From assembly GCA_044225175.1 (NCBI GenBank), contig JBGAJA010000001.1:6994-70993 (forward strand): 64,000 bases of DNA. Reading direction: 5' to 3'. Each line of letters starts with the position of its first letter. Positions within the stretch are counted from its first letter, which is position 1. Source of the DNA: Candidatus Omnitrophota bacterium (lineage in GTDB: Bacteria > Omnitrophota > Gorgyraeia > Zapsychrales > Fredricksoniimonadaceae). The notes below the pieces were generated by a model that was given only the letters and a program-made list of their open reading frames with translations, ran no database searches and was not told the DNA's origin. Position numbers and translations under genes: made by a program. This document shows, piece by piece, positions 37,696-48,162 of the stretch.

Positions 37696-39492
37696 ATGAT
37701 TAATAATTATATAAAACTTCTTCAATTTCTCAAAACTCACCTTAAACGTTTCTTTACTGCAGTTTTTTTTATTCTTTTATCGTCGGTGTTTGAAGGTGTT
37801 CAGCTCACCTTAATGCTTCCAGTCATTGATCGTATTTTTACAAATAAAAAGATTGTATTACCCAATAAAGTCCCAGAATTTCTCAACAATCTGGTGGGTT
37901 ATTTGAATAGCATCGACAATCATGTGCTTTTTTGGAGTGTGCCGCTGTGCTTTTTAGCTCTTTTTACAATCAAACAAGTGGTATCGTACTTTGCAGATTA
38001 TTACATGAATGATGTGGCCCAACGAGTCATGAGGGATGTGCGTTCTAGACTTTTTGAACGAATACAAACCCTGTCGTTAGACTATTTTAGTAAGAAAAGA
38101 ACGGGTGAACTGGTTGCTCGTATCACGAATGACGTTGGAGTTATTGAAAACGCTGTGTCTTATGCACTGACAGATTTATTTCGACAACCCCTTTTGATTA
38201 TTATCTTCTTATCCCTGGCGTTCACATTTAATGTGCAGGGAACATTATTGATTTTTGTGATGGTTCCATTTATTGCGATTCCTATGACAATCATTGGTAA
38301 GAAGCTGCGTAAGCTTTCCAAGGGCCAGCAAGAAAAAATGGCTGATATTAATTCTCATCTTCTTGAGACCATCTCTGGCGTTCGTATTCTCAAAGCTTTT
38401 GGGACAGAAAGATACGAGATCCAGCGATTTAACCAACAAAATCAAGATTATTACAAGCTTCGAATGAAAGGTTTGAAGAATTTGATGTTGCTGGGGCCTA
38501 TTACTGAAATGGCAGGAGCTGTCTGCGGGATTGCGGCCGTTTTAATTCTAGGCCGCGCTGTATTAAATGGAGAATTGTCATTCGGTGTTTTTTCTTTGTC
38601 TCTTGCTTCTATTTTGCAAGTCATTCGTCCCATCAAACGATTAGCTAATGTGCAAGCTATCATTCAGCAAGCATTGGTGGCTAATGAGCGTATTTACGAT
38701 GTGTTAGAAACAAAGCCTACGGTTGTCGAGAAAACAGGTGCTTCAGAATTGGAGCCAATGAAAGATAGAATTCTTTTGGAGAATGTCAGTTTTAGTTATG
38801 ACAAAGTAGGTGATGCGGTATTGCAGGATATCAATTTGACTATTAAAAAAGGTGAACTTGTGGCTATCGTCGGTCCTACGGGAAGTGGGAAGTCGACATT
38901 GGTCAATTTGATTCCTCGTTTTTATGATACAAGTAGTGGTAAAGTAAGTTTTGATGGAGTTAATGTCAAAGATGTGTCTTTTAAATCTTTAAGAGGACAA
39001 GTAGGTATTGTGACTCAGGAATCTATTTTATTTAATGATTCGGTTAGAAATAACATTGCATATGGAACATTTGATGCTCCTATGGAACAAGTCAAACAAG
39101 CCGCAACAATGGCTTTTGCCGACCATTTCATTGAAAAAATGCCGATGGGTTATGAAACGATGGTTGGAGATCGAGGTTTCAGGTTGTCAGGGGGAGAAAA
39201 GCAGCGTTTAACAATTGCGCGAGCTATTTTAAGAAATCCGCCAATATTGATTCTGGATGAAGCAACTTCTTCTTTGGATTCAGAATCAGAGAAATTTGTT
39301 CAAGATGCCCTAGATTCTTTGATGAAAGGCCGAACGGTTATTGCAATTGCTCACAGGCTTTCAACCATCATGAGAGCAGATAAAATTGTAGTTTTAGAAG
39401 CCGGCCGAATCGTTGGTTTTGGAAAACATGATGACCTGCTGTTTACGTGCCCATTATACCGACGTCTTTATGAAACACAATTTCAGGTCTAA
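37696..39492 (+). CDS. msbA: MsbA-like lipid A/LPS ABC exporter
   Basis: TM domain plus GPTGSGKST, LSGGEKQR, ILDEATSSLD, IAHRLSTI; divergent from lpxB. Confidence 0.85.
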   Translation: MINNYIKLLQFLKTHLKRFFTAVFFILLSSVFEGVQLTLMLPVIDRIFTNKKIVLPNKVPEFLNNLVGYLNSIDNHVLFWSVPLCFLALFTIKQVVSYFADYYMNDVAQRVMRDVRSRLFERIQTLSLDYFSKKRTGELVARITNDVGVIENAVSYALTDLFRQPLLIIIFLSLAFTFNVQGTLLIFVMVPFIAIPMTIIGKKLRKLSKGQQEKMADINSHLLETISGVRILKAFGTERYEIQRFNQQNQDYYKLRMKGLKNLMLLGPITEMAGAVCGIAAVLILGRAVLNGELSFGVFSLSLASILQVIRPIKRLANVQAIIQQALVANERIYDVLETKPTVVEKTGASELEPMKDRILLENVSFSYDKVGDAVLQDINLTIKKGELVAIVGPTGSGKSTLVNLIPRFYDTSSGKVSFDGVNVKDVSFKSLRGQVGIVTQESILFNDSVRNNIAYGTFDAPMEQVKQAATMAFADHFIEKMPMGYETMVGDRGFRLSGGEKQRLTIARAILRNPPILILDEATSSLDSESEKFVQDALDSLMKGRTVIAIAHRLSTIMRADKIVVLEAGRIVGFGKHDDLLFTCPLYRRLYETQFQV

Positions 39493-39509
39493 GACGATGC
39501 TTTTTCGCC

Positions 39510-39538
39510 TTGACACCATAAGTCCTTGTTGATACTAT
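39510..39538 (+). promoter_or_regulatory. Sigma70-type promoter for the HU/IHF-hisS-aspS run
   Basis: TTGACA-17 nt-TACTAT. Confidence 0.7.
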
Positions 39539-39580
39539 AGTTACGATTTTTCCGTTAGAAATTTTTAGGAGGCTATTGTT

Positions 39581-39853
39581 ATGACGAAAAAAGATATTGT
39601 ATTAAAAATCACCGATTCTACTGGTATTAAACAAGTTGACGTAAAAAAGATTGTACAAAAGGCCTTTGATGTCATTGTTGATGCTCTGATGAAAGGTGAT
39701 AAGGTTGAACTGAGAAATTTCGGTGTTTTTAAAATCAAAGAACGCCGTGCCCGTTTTGGTCGCAACCCTCGCACAGGAGAGAGTGTCCCTGTCCCGCCTC
39801 GCAAAGTGGTTGTATTTAAATCTGGTTTAGAAATGAAACACAAAGTTAAATAA
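39581..39853 (+). CDS. HU/IHF family DNA-binding protein
   Basis: MTKKD...VELRNFGVF...GRNPRTGE. Confidence 0.95.
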   Translation: MTKKDIVLKITDSTGIKQVDVKKIVQKAFDVIVDALMKGDKVELRNFGVFKIKERRARFGRNPRTGESVPVPPRKVVVFKSGLEMKHKVK

Positions 39854-39868
39854 GGTTGGTCTCGTTTA

Positions 39869-41155
39869 GTGATAAAGAAACTTTCAGTTCCCCGCGGAAC
39901 AACAGATATTCTTCCTGATCAAATTCCTTTATGGGAACAGCTCGAATCTAAAGGCCGTAAGATTCTTAAGTCCTATGGTTACAAGGAGATTCGTACTCCT
40001 ATCTATGAAGACACCTCTCTATTTAAACGTTCTTTAGGTCAAACAAGTGATGTTGTTAATAAACAATTATTAGAATTAGCTTCAAGTAAGTCTAGCCAGG
40101 CGGCTAGTGAAGATGAAGGGTATTCGCTTCGACCTGAAGGCACCGCTTCGGTTGTCCGGTCTTATATTGAAAATTCTTTTGAAGCAAAAGAAAGTCTATC
40201 CAAGCTTTTTTACTATGGTCCCATGTTTCGAGGAGAACGTCCACAAAAGGGAAGACTTCGACAGTTTCATCAAATTGGTGCTGAAGCCATAGGTCCAAAT
40301 TCCACCTCCCCATATTTAGATGTTGAAGTGATTGCGCTTGCGATTGAATTGCTTAGAAGTTTTGGCGTGCAAAATTATCGTTTAAAAATTAATAGTTTAG
40401 GTTCAAAAGAAGATAAGGCCAATGTTTCTGCTTGGTTAAAAAAAGAATTTTCTTTGAGAGTCAATGAGCTGTGTGAGGATTGCCAAAGCCGCTATGAACG
40501 CAATGTTTTTCGGGTATTGGATTGCAAGAATGAGTCTTGCCGCAAGATTGTTTCATCCTTGGTCAAAAATTTACCATTATCTGCGGAAAGTACAGTCTAT
40601 TTTCAAAAAGTACAAGATGCATTAAAGGCGATTGATATTAAATTTGAAATTGCGCCCCACCTGGTCCGCGGGCTTGATTATTACGTGCACACTGTGTTTG
40701 AAATTACCGCTGAAGGTTTAGGAAGCCAAGATGCTGTTGGAGCAGGCGGACGTTACAGTGGGTTGGTTCATGAATTAGGTGGAAATGAGAAGGTTGATTA
40801 TGGGGCGATTGGATTTGCGTTGGGAATAGAAAGGATTTTATTGGCAATGGATGGTAGAGACGCAAAATCTTGCGTCTCTACATTAGATGCATACGTCATT
40901 GCTATGGATCCAATCAATTTGGATGCTGCGTTCGAATTAACCCAATTCATCCGACAGTCGGGTCTTTCCGCGGATATGAATTATCTTTCTGGTTCCATTA
41001 AATCGCAGATGAATAAAGCTAATAAATCCAATGCACGTTTTGCTCTCATTTTGGGTGAAGAAGAAATCAAAAATAAAACTGTATCCATGAAAAACATGCA
41101 GACAGGCGCTCAGGAACAGGTTCCCTGGGAGCAGGTTATAGAAAGGTTAAAGTAA
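39869..41155 (+). CDS. hisS: Histidine--tRNA ligase
   Basis: PRGTTD, LRPEGTA, MFRGERPQKGRLRQFHQ, LVRGLDYY, GAGGRY, GFALGIER. Confidence 0.97.
   Translation: MIKKLSVPRGTTDILPDQIPLWEQLESKGRKILKSYGYKEIRTPIYEDTSLFKRSLGQTSDVVNKQLLELASSKSSQAASEDEGYSLRPEGTASVVRSYIENSFEAKESLSKLFYYGPMFRGERPQKGRLRQFHQIGAEAIGPNSTSPYLDVEVIALAIELLRSFGVQNYRLKINSLGSKEDKANVSAWLKKEFSLRVNELCEDCQSRYERNVFRVLDCKNESCRKIVSSLVKNLPLSAESTVYFQKVQDALKAIDIKFEIAPHLVRGLDYYVHTVFEITAEGLGSQDAVGAGGRYSGLVHELGGNEKVDYGAIGFALGIERILLAMDGRDAKSCVSTLDAYVIAMDPINLDAAFELTQFIRQSGLSADMNYLSGSIKSQMNKANKSNARFALILGEEEIKNKTVSMKNMQTGAQEQVPWEQVIERLK
40854..40881. repeat. GTAG-type palindrome in frame inside hisS
   Basis: GTAGAGACGCAA-aatc-TTGCGTCTCTAC encoding GRDAKSCVST in the linker before the anticodon-binding domain. 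Confidence 0.85.
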
Positions 41156-42579
41156 TGCGTACGCACACATGTGGTGGTTTAAATCCGAGTCATAAAGATC
41201 AAGAGGTAACACTATGCGGCTGGGTTCATCGTCGTCGTGACTTAGGTAAATTAATTTTTATTGATATCCGTGACCGTTATGGTTTAACTCAAGTGGTATT
41301 TGTTCCATCGGTGAGTCCTAATGCTCACGCTGAAGCTCAGAAATTGGGTCCAGAATTTGTGGTAAGAATCAAAGGAACGGTCAATGTTCGCCCTGAAAAG
41401 AATGTGAATAAAGATTTAGCAACAGGCGGAGTTGAATTATTAGCTAAAGAACTAGAAATCTTAAACACCGCTAAAGTTCCAGTCTTTGAAATAGAAGACA
41501 GGGTGGAAGCTTCTGAAGATTTACGCTTAACCTATCGTTATTTGGATATTCGCCGAACAAAGGTGCGTGAATCATTATTATTACGACATAAAATTTGTGC
41601 CAGTATCAGATCATTTTTAAATACTCAAGATTTCGTAGAGGTAGAGACTCCGGTTTTAACTAAATCAACACCTGAAGGAGCTCGTGATTTTTTAGTTCCT
41701 TCTCGAATGAATCCAGGTGCATTTTATGCTCTGCCACAGTCGCCTCAGCTATTCAAGCAAATCCTGATGGTATCAGGAATGGATCGCTACTATCAGATCG
41801 TCAAATGCTTCCGCGATGAAGATTTGCGCGCGGATCGTCAGCCTGAGTTTACCCAGCTTGATATGGAGCTTTCCTTCGTGGATCAAGAGGTGATTTTTGA
41901 TTTAACAGAACGTATGTATAAACAAATTTTTAAAGAAGTGCTCAATATTGATTTACCCATTCCTTTTCCAAGAATGACGCATGCTGAGGCGCTCGCTAAA
42001 CATAGCAGCGATAAGCCAGACATTCGTACAGATAAAAGTAATGCTAAAGAATTTGCCTTTTTGTGGGTTGTAGATTTTCCTTTGTTGAAGTATAATCAGG
42101 ACGAAAAAAGATGGGACAGTGAACATCATCCTTTCACCGGCATCCACCCAGAAGATGTAGCAAATTTGGAAGCTGGTAAATACGATCAAGTCCGCGGCAG
42201 ATGTTATGACCTTGTTTTAAATGGCAATGAAATTGGTAGCGGGTCAGTTCGTATTCATCGACGTGAATTACAGCAAAAGATTTTTGACATTATTGGCATT
42301 GCTCCAGAGGAAGCTTTAAAGCGGTTTGGATTCTTATTGCGTGCCTTCGAATATGGTGCTCCACCTCACGCAGGTGTAGCTTACGGTATTGATCGCATTG
42401 TCACCATTATCACTGGTAATGAATCTATTCGCGATTGCATCGCGTTTCCTAAGACCCAAAAGGGAACATGTTTGATGACAGAAGCCCCCTCGGAAGTTGA
42501 TGATAAACAATTAAAAGAATTAGGAATCGTTACCATTTCAGCTAAGGCTTCAGCCAAGGCTGATCAGCCAAATGGCTGA
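41155..42579 (+). CDS. aspS: Aspartate--tRNA ligase (short form lacking the GAD insertion)
   Basis: MRTHTCG, TPEGARDF, LPQSPQLFKQ, FRDEDLRADRQPEFTQLD, HHPFT, GAPPHAG; only 474 aa. Confidence 0.96.
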   Translation: MRTHTCGGLNPSHKDQEVTLCGWVHRRRDLGKLIFIDIRDRYGLTQVVFVPSVSPNAHAEAQKLGPEFVVRIKGTVNVRPEKNVNKDLATGGVELLAKELEILNTAKVPVFEIEDRVEASEDLRLTYRYLDIRRTKVRESLLLRHKICASIRSFLNTQDFVEVETPVLTKSTPEGARDFLVPSRMNPGAFYALPQSPQLFKQILMVSGMDRYYQIVKCFRDEDLRADRQPEFTQLDMELSFVDQEVIFDLTERMYKQIFKEVLNIDLPIPFPRMTHAEALAKHSSDKPDIRTDKSNAKEFAFLWVVDFPLLKYNQDEKRWDSEHHPFTGIHPEDVANLEAGKYDQVRGRCYDLVLNGNEIGSGSVRIHRRELQQKIFDIIGIAPEEALKRFGFLLRAFEYGAPPHAGVAYGIDRIVTIITGNESIRDCIAFPKTQKGTCLMTEAPSEVDDKQLKELGIVTISAKASAKADQPNG

Positions 42580-42596
42580 GATCCGCCTTTGGCGGA
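42550..42596. repeat. Multi-hairpin element overlapping the aspS stop
   Basis: TCAGCC-aa-GGCTGA, TCAGCC-aaat-GGCTGA, TCCGCC-ttt-GGCGGA. Confidence 0.75.
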
Positions 42597-42621
42597 AAAA
42601 AAATAATTAAGGAGAATAAAT

Positions 42622-43182
42622 ATGTCGCTCAATCTTTTAAGCGTTTTAGTTTTAGCAGTTTTTGCAAGTGGTTGTGGCCTTCACGCCCAGAGTTATGTGA
42701 TGACTAAACCTCGTGTGAATATTGAAAAGGGAAGTGGAAATGCAGGATATTTAGCTGGAACACCTCAATATGTAGAGCCCGAAAGAAAGACCCGTAAGGT
42801 TTATGTATTTGAAATCACCAAAGCAATTCCGGAAGGTGAAGTTAAAAAAATTGAGCAAGAAATTAGTGAAACCACCACAACAAGAGTAGATACAACCACG
42901 CCCGAAGAACCTGCTGCAATTGCAGAAACGAATCATAGAAATGTTAACCATATCGTTATTCCACGTATCGATGATATCCCTGAACCTGTTCAAGCAGCTC
43001 AAGGTCCTTCAGAAGACACCGTATACACTGTTCAAAAAGATGATACCTTGCAAAAGATTGCCAAGAAACATTATGGTACATATAGCGCATGGTTGAAGAT
43101 TTATAATGCAAATAAGGATAAGATCAAGAATCCTAATTTCGTTAGACCAGGAACAGTAATAACCCTTCCGGCGGCTAAATAA
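42622..43182 (+). CDS. LysM-domain lipoprotein
   Basis: Lipobox FASGC; C-terminal YTVQKDDTLQKIAKKHYG...IYNAN...PG LysM. Confidence 0.88.
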   Translation: MSLNLLSVLVLAVFASGCGLHAQSYVMTKPRVNIEKGSGNAGYLAGTPQYVEPERKTRKVYVFEITKAIPEGEVKKIEQEISETTTTRVDTTTPEEPAAIAETNHRNVNHIVIPRIDDIPEPVQAAQGPSEDTVYTVQKDDTLQKIAKKHYGTYSAWLKIYNANKDKIKNPNFVRPGTVITLPAAK

Positions 43183-44142
43183 ATGGAAACTCAACTTCAA
43201 TATGGAAATAATCGAGATCTTCAGCAACTCTTTGGCAGGTATGATGAGAATTTAAAAATCATTGAAAAAGAGTTGGGTATTAGAATCAATCGTTCTTCAG
43301 ATGGAATTAAAATTACTGGTTCTGAGGCGCAAGCTCATAAAGCCCAAGAGCTTTTCAACTATTTAATGACTTTTGTCGAGAAGGGTAAGGATGTCAAAAA
43401 AGCTGACATTGTCTATGCTTTAAGATTGGTCGAAAAAGAAGATAGTATTGATTTTAAACGTTTGGCTAAGGAGAAAATTGAAGTTTCAGTTAAAGGTGGT
43501 TTAATTACTCCTAAAACCAAAGGTCAGATTGAATATATTGAAGCAATTAAAAATCATGATTTGGTTTTTTGTATTGGGCCAGCAGGAACGGGTAAAACAT
43601 ATTTGGCTATTGCCATGGCGGTGAATGCTCTTAAAAAAGGATTGGTCCGTCGTATTATCTTGACCCGTCCAGCAGTAGAGGCTGGCGAAAACTTAGGGTT
43701 TCTCCCTGGGGACATGGTTGAAAAAGTTTTGCCTTACCTTAGACCTTTGTATGATGCTCTCTACGATATGATGGAGGCTGACACTGTCGAGCAATATACA
43801 GAGCAGGGAATTATTGAGATTGCTCCTTTAGCATTTATGCGCGGAAGAACATTGAACGAGGCTTTTGTTATTCTTGATGAAGCGCAAAATGCAAGACCAG
43901 ATCAAATGAAGATGTTTTTAACTCGCATGGGTTTCGACTCTAAAGTCGTCGTTGTAGGGGATGTTACCCAAAGTGATTTACCTGGAGGCGATGGAACAAA
44001 CGGTCTTTTAGAAGCCAACCGTATTTTAGGTCAAGTTCCAGAGATTAAATTCATTCATCTGACAAGTGAAGATACTGTCCGCCACGATCTTGTACAAAAA
44101 ATTATTGAGGCGTATGGCAAATCCACAAACGGTAACCGTTAA
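43183..44142 (+). CDS. phoH: PhoH-family ATPase
   Basis: GPAGTGKTYLA, TRPAVEAGENLGFLPG, MRGRTL, ILDEAQN. Confidence 0.95.
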   Translation: METQLQYGNNRDLQQLFGRYDENLKIIEKELGIRINRSSDGIKITGSEAQAHKAQELFNYLMTFVEKGKDVKKADIVYALRLVEKEDSIDFKRLAKEKIEVSVKGGLITPKTKGQIEYIEAIKNHDLVFCIGPAGTGKTYLAIAMAVNALKKGLVRRIILTRPAVEAGENLGFLPGDMVEKVLPYLRPLYDALYDMMEADTVEQYTEQGIIEIAPLAFMRGRTLNEAFVILDEAQNARPDQMKMFLTRMGFDSKVVVVGDVTQSDLPGGDGTNGLLEANRILGQVPEIKFIHLTSEDTVRHDLVQKIIEAYGKSTNGNR

Positions 44143-45493
44143 TTCCTCAACTTTTTCTGTTGATCAAATCATCATGTTGGCTGTCACTCTAATAGCCACA
44201 CTGATTTTTTGTCATTTTTCCGAACTTCCGCTATTGATCCCTTTGATGTTTTTCTTTTTTGGTCTTCATATGTTTTATGTAAGAAGGACCAAATGGCAGG
44301 TTTTTTTACACTTAACATTGCTTTTGGTTCTTCTTTTAGGGGTTGCCCATACTCTTAAGTCTTATCATATCTTTTCTCTCTACTATACGCCGATCGCCTG
44401 TGTGGCAATGATCACAACCCTTCTATATAACGATATACAACTATCATTTGTGCTGTCCTTGATGGCTAGCAGCTTGGTTGGCATGATGGTAGGTTTTTCT
44501 TTGCCTGATATGATCATTTTCTTTTTAGGAAGCCTTTGTGGTTCCTACATTGTTAAGGATGCAAGGACAAGAGATGTGTTTATAAAGGCGGGAGTTCTCG
44601 TGGGTTTTGTTCAGATGGTTTGTTCTTTATTGATGAATTTTGATATCAGCCCTGAGAATTTTAAGATGAGTCTCTTACCTCTTTTTTTAAATGGAATTAT
44701 ATGCTCAGTTTTAGTCATGTTTTCTTATGTGGTATTTGAGATAGTTTTTGGTGAAATTACTAATTTTACTCTTCTTGAATTGTCAGATTCTTCCCAGCCC
44801 CTTTTAAAACGCCTTGTGATTGAAGCTCCCGGTACCTATCATCACAGTTTAATTGTGAGCAATTTAGCGGAAGCTGCATCAGATGCCATTGGTGCGAATG
44901 CTTTGTTGACTCGAGTTGGTGCTTATTACCATGATATTGGAAAGATGGTGAAACCTGAATATTTCACCGAGAACCAGCTTATTGCAGGCAATAAACACGA
45001 TGAGTTGGAGCCTTCTCTAAGCCGTTTGGTTATTCTAAATCATGTGAAAGAAGGGTTGGAATTAGCTAAAGAATATAAATTGAACCAGAAGATTGCTGAT
45101 TTTATTCCAGAACATCATGGAACAGCACTCATCCATTATTTTTATCAAAAAGCTCTCACAGAAGGTGATGTTGAGGAGGTAGGAGAATCAGATTATCGTT
45201 ATCCTGGACCCAAGCCTCAAAGTAAAGAGACGGCAATAGTGATGCTGGCAGATTCAGTAGAAGGGGCCACGCGTGCCCTTGATGAACACACCCCTCAAAA
45301 GATTGAAGATGTTGTCCGTAAAGTCATCAACAATAAATTTATCGACGGACAACTCGATGCCTGCAATTTAACTCTTAGAGAAATTGACACGATAGCCTCC
45401 ACATTTGTTCGTGTCTTGTCGGCTATGTATCATGGCCGCGTGAAATATCCCGAAAGAACCGATGAACATCGCGGTCACAAACCTTCAAAATAG
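44114..45493 (+). CDS. 7TM-HD (HDIG) membrane phosphohydrolase, PgpH-like
   Basis: Multiple TM segments then APGTYHHS, YYHDIGK, EHHGT, YRYPGPKPQSKE, MLADSVE; phoH-HD-ybeY synteny. Confidence 0.9.
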   Translation: MANPQTVTVNSSTFSVDQIIMLAVTLIATLIFCHFSELPLLIPLMFFFFGLHMFYVRRTKWQVFLHLTLLLVLLLGVAHTLKSYHIFSLYYTPIACVAMITTLLYNDIQLSFVLSLMASSLVGMMVGFSLPDMIIFFLGSLCGSYIVKDARTRDVFIKAGVLVGFVQMVCSLLMNFDISPENFKMSLLPLFLNGIICSVLVMFSYVVFEIVFGEITNFTLLELSDSSQPLLKRLVIEAPGTYHHSLIVSNLAEAASDAIGANALLTRVGAYYHDIGKMVKPEYFTENQLIAGNKHDELEPSLSRLVILNHVKEGLELAKEYKLNQKIADFIPEHHGTALIHYFYQKALTEGDVEEVGESDYRYPGPKPQSKETAIVMLADSVEGATRALDEHTPQKIEDVVRKVINNKFIDGQLDACNLTLREIDTIASTFVRVLSAMYHGRVKYPERTDEHRGHKPSK

Positions 45494-45863
45494 AATTCCT
45501 ATCCCTTCGTCCAAGATCAATGCAGTCGTACCCAGGGTCTGTAAAATTCTTCGATTGAAACACCAAGAAATTTCTATTGTATTTGTAGGTGAAAAACGCA
45601 TGAGAAGTCTTAATAAGAAATTCTTGGGACATGATTATGTTACGGATGTTATTACATTTGATTTGGAACTTTCCGGAGAAATCATCATTTGCCCTCAGGC
45701 GGCCTCTCAAAATGCTAAAAATCAAGGCCAATCCCTTAAAGAAGAGATCTTGTTATATGTGATTCATGGACTTTTGCATTTGGCTGGATATGATGATCAC
45801 CATCCTAAAGATATCAAAAATATGCGTCAACAAGAGCAAGTTTTGCTTAAGAAAATCTTATGA
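45462..45863 (+). CDS. ybeY: rRNA maturation endoribonuclease
   Basis: TDVITF, HGLLHLAGYDD. Confidence 0.93.
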   Translation: MNIAVTNLQNRIPIPSSKINAVVPRVCKILRLKHQEISIVFVGEKRMRSLNKKFLGHDYVTDVITFDLELSGEIIICPQAASQNAKNQGQSLKEEILLYVIHGLLHLAGYDDHHPKDIKNMRQQEQVLLKKIL

Positions 45864-46348
45864 TTAAACGTTTAGCCATCATTGCTGCTTTAGTTTATGC
45901 TGCGTTTATTTTAGAGATTGTTATTAATGATATTTTTGGTTTGTGGGCCAAGCCTCAATTGCTAATTATTGTCATTGTCTTTTGGGGGCTTTATTCAGGT
46001 ATTCGTTATAGTATTTTTGCTGCATTCCTGGCGGGCTTATTAAAGGATTCCTACAGTATTCTTCCTTTTGGAACGTATTTATTTGTTTATGTTTCTTGCG
46101 CATATTTGACTACATTTGTTCGTCGTAATCTCTATCAGCCAGGTTCCCGTTTTTCCCGTGCAGTTGTGACTTTCTTTGTTTTATTGGGAGCGTTCTTTCT
46201 TCAGGCTTTGCTTTATTTGATGAATCATGATGTGGATTGGCGAGAGCTGTTTCTAAACATTTTTCTTCCTCAATTGGTCGCCACAATGCTTATTGTGACA
46301 TTTATGTTTTATCGACTCAGAGAATTAACAGTCATTTTTAAAATTTAG
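45860..46348 (+). CDS. mreD: Rod shape-determining protein MreD
   Basis: Hydrophobic 162 aa with AGLLKD motif, immediately upstream of PBP2. Confidence 0.75.
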   Translation: MIKRLAIIAALVYAAFILEIVINDIFGLWAKPQLLIIVIVFWGLYSGIRYSIFAAFLAGLLKDSYSILPFGTYLFVYVSCAYLTTFVRRNLYQPGSRFSRAVVTFFVLLGAFFLQALLYLMNHDVDWRELFLNIFLPQLVATMLIVTFMFYRLRELTVIFKI

Positions 46349-46352
46349 TCCT

Positions 46353-48065
46353 ATGCGTCTAAAGATTATTGAGAATTTTATATTATTCTTTCTTGCTCTG
46401 ATTTGTTTAGCACTGGTTTATATGCAAGTGATCAAGGGAAAGAATTACTATGATTTAAGTGTGAATAATCGGATTCGGGCAATTCCAATCGATGGTGCTC
46501 GAGGAAAGATATTTGATCGAAATGGGGTCGTTCTTGCAGACAACCGGCTTTCTTATCAAGTTGCTATTGTTTCGCAAGAGATCAATGATTTAGATTCTGT
46601 ATTTAATTTTCTCTCAAGCGTTTTTAAAAAACCTGCCTCTTATTTTCGTACACAATTTACAAAAAAACGTAGGACCTCATTTGCTCCAGTGGTATTGGCC
46701 CAGGATGTAGATCAGCAGACCATTATGACAATTGAGGAGAACCGTTTCCAATATCCTGGGTTAGTCATTAACAAATCTTATCGAAGGACCTATCCTGCTG
46801 GAGCAACGACGGCCCATGCTGTGGGATATGTAGGAAGAATTGATGAGCAGGAAGCAGATGTGATGCAAGAATATGGATATAATCTCGAGAGTGACGTTGG
46901 AAAGACAGGTGTTGAGAAAACGTATGATTCGGTATTGCGTGCAGAAGTTGGGGGAAGACAAATTGAGGTCAATTCAAGAGGGCAGGAAGTAAGATTGTTA
47001 GGTATTAAAGAGCCTGGAAGGGGCAAAGATATTACTCTTTCCATTGATCAAAGGATCCAAGTTATTTCAGAGCAGGTGATGGACTCCAAGCCTGGAGCTA
47101 TTGTGGTCATGGACTTAAAGAATGGTGAAGTTTTAGGAATTTCTAGTTCGCCTTCTTTTGATCCTAATGCATTTATGATTAGAGACCAGCAGGAGAAAGT
47201 TGTTTCTTATATTCGTGATACAAAATCACCTTTGTTAGATCGCGCCCTATCAGGACGTTATCCTCCTGGATCTGTTTTTAAGATTCCAGTTGCCTTGGCT
47301 GCAGTTGAACTAAATAAAGTGACACCTGATTTAACATTTGATTGTCCTGGTTACTATATGCTGGGACAAGCCAAATTTGGATGTGCGCACATTCATGGCA
47401 GTGAGAACCTTGAACAAGCCATTGCCCATTCTTGTAATGTCTACTTCTTTCATATAGGACAAATTATAACTGCCCATGTTATTGAGCAGTATGCGAAGGC
47501 TTTTGGTTTAGGGCGTGTGACAGGAATTGATCTGCCTTTTGAATCTGCAGGCCAAGTGATTGGTCATGCCAAACGAGGAGTACGTTGGTATACAGGAAAT
47601 ACTTTAAATCTTTCTATAGGCCAAGGTGAAACTTTATCTACTCCTCTGCAACTCACTGTGATGATGGCTGCTGTTGGGCTCAATGGTACTATTCTTCGTC
47701 CGCATATTGTTAAAGAAGTAGATTATAAGCCGGTCAGTCAACCCGACTTGAAGAAATTGCCAACAGTCCGTTTGCATGACCATACATGGCAGTTAATTCA
47801 AGAGGGATTGCGTTCTGTTGTAACAGACAAAGAGGGGACCGCTCATCTTCTCAATGATTTGCCAGGAATGACTGTATTTGGAAAGACAGGAACTGCACAG
47901 GCAGGAAGCACTAAAGCAAATCACGCCTGGTTCGCAGGATATGTGCGTTCCCCTAAAAACAATCTGGCCTTCTGCGTCTTTTTAGAGCATGGGGCCTCTT
48001 CCGCATATGCCGTTGAGATTGCCCAGCAGTTATTAAGCCGCATGCAGGCCCAGGGAATTATATAA
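46353..48065 (+). CDS. mrdA: Penicillin-binding protein 2
   Basis: RGKIFDRNG, YPPGSVFK (SxxK), SCNVYF (SxN), GKTGTAQ, HAWF. Confidence 0.93.
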   Translation: MRLKIIENFILFFLALICLALVYMQVIKGKNYYDLSVNNRIRAIPIDGARGKIFDRNGVVLADNRLSYQVAIVSQEINDLDSVFNFLSSVFKKPASYFRTQFTKKRRTSFAPVVLAQDVDQQTIMTIEENRFQYPGLVINKSYRRTYPAGATTAHAVGYVGRIDEQEADVMQEYGYNLESDVGKTGVEKTYDSVLRAEVGGRQIEVNSRGQEVRLLGIKEPGRGKDITLSIDQRIQVISEQVMDSKPGAIVVMDLKNGEVLGISSSPSFDPNAFMIRDQQEKVVSYIRDTKSPLLDRALSGRYPPGSVFKIPVALAAVELNKVTPDLTFDCPGYYMLGQAKFGCAHIHGSENLEQAIAHSCNVYFFHIGQIITAHVIEQYAKAFGLGRVTGIDLPFESAGQVIGHAKRGVRWYTGNTLNLSIGQGETLSTPLQLTVMMAAVGLNGTILRPHIVKEVDYKPVSQPDLKKLPTVRLHDHTWQLIQEGLRSVVTDKEGTAHLLNDLPGMTVFGKTGTAQAGSTKANHAWFAGYVRSPKNNLAFCVFLEHGASSAYAVEIAQQLLSRMQAQGII

Positions 48066-48162
48066 TTCAATTTTTTTATTCAAGTAAACGCTTCCCCAAA
48101 TGCCTCCCCAGGCCTTGAAATCCCAAAATATATAGTACATACTTTATATAAATAGAGATCAT

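Noticed and set aside
39565-39843. Antisense ORF over the HU/IHF gene
   Set aside because: Shadow of a well-conserved + strand gene.
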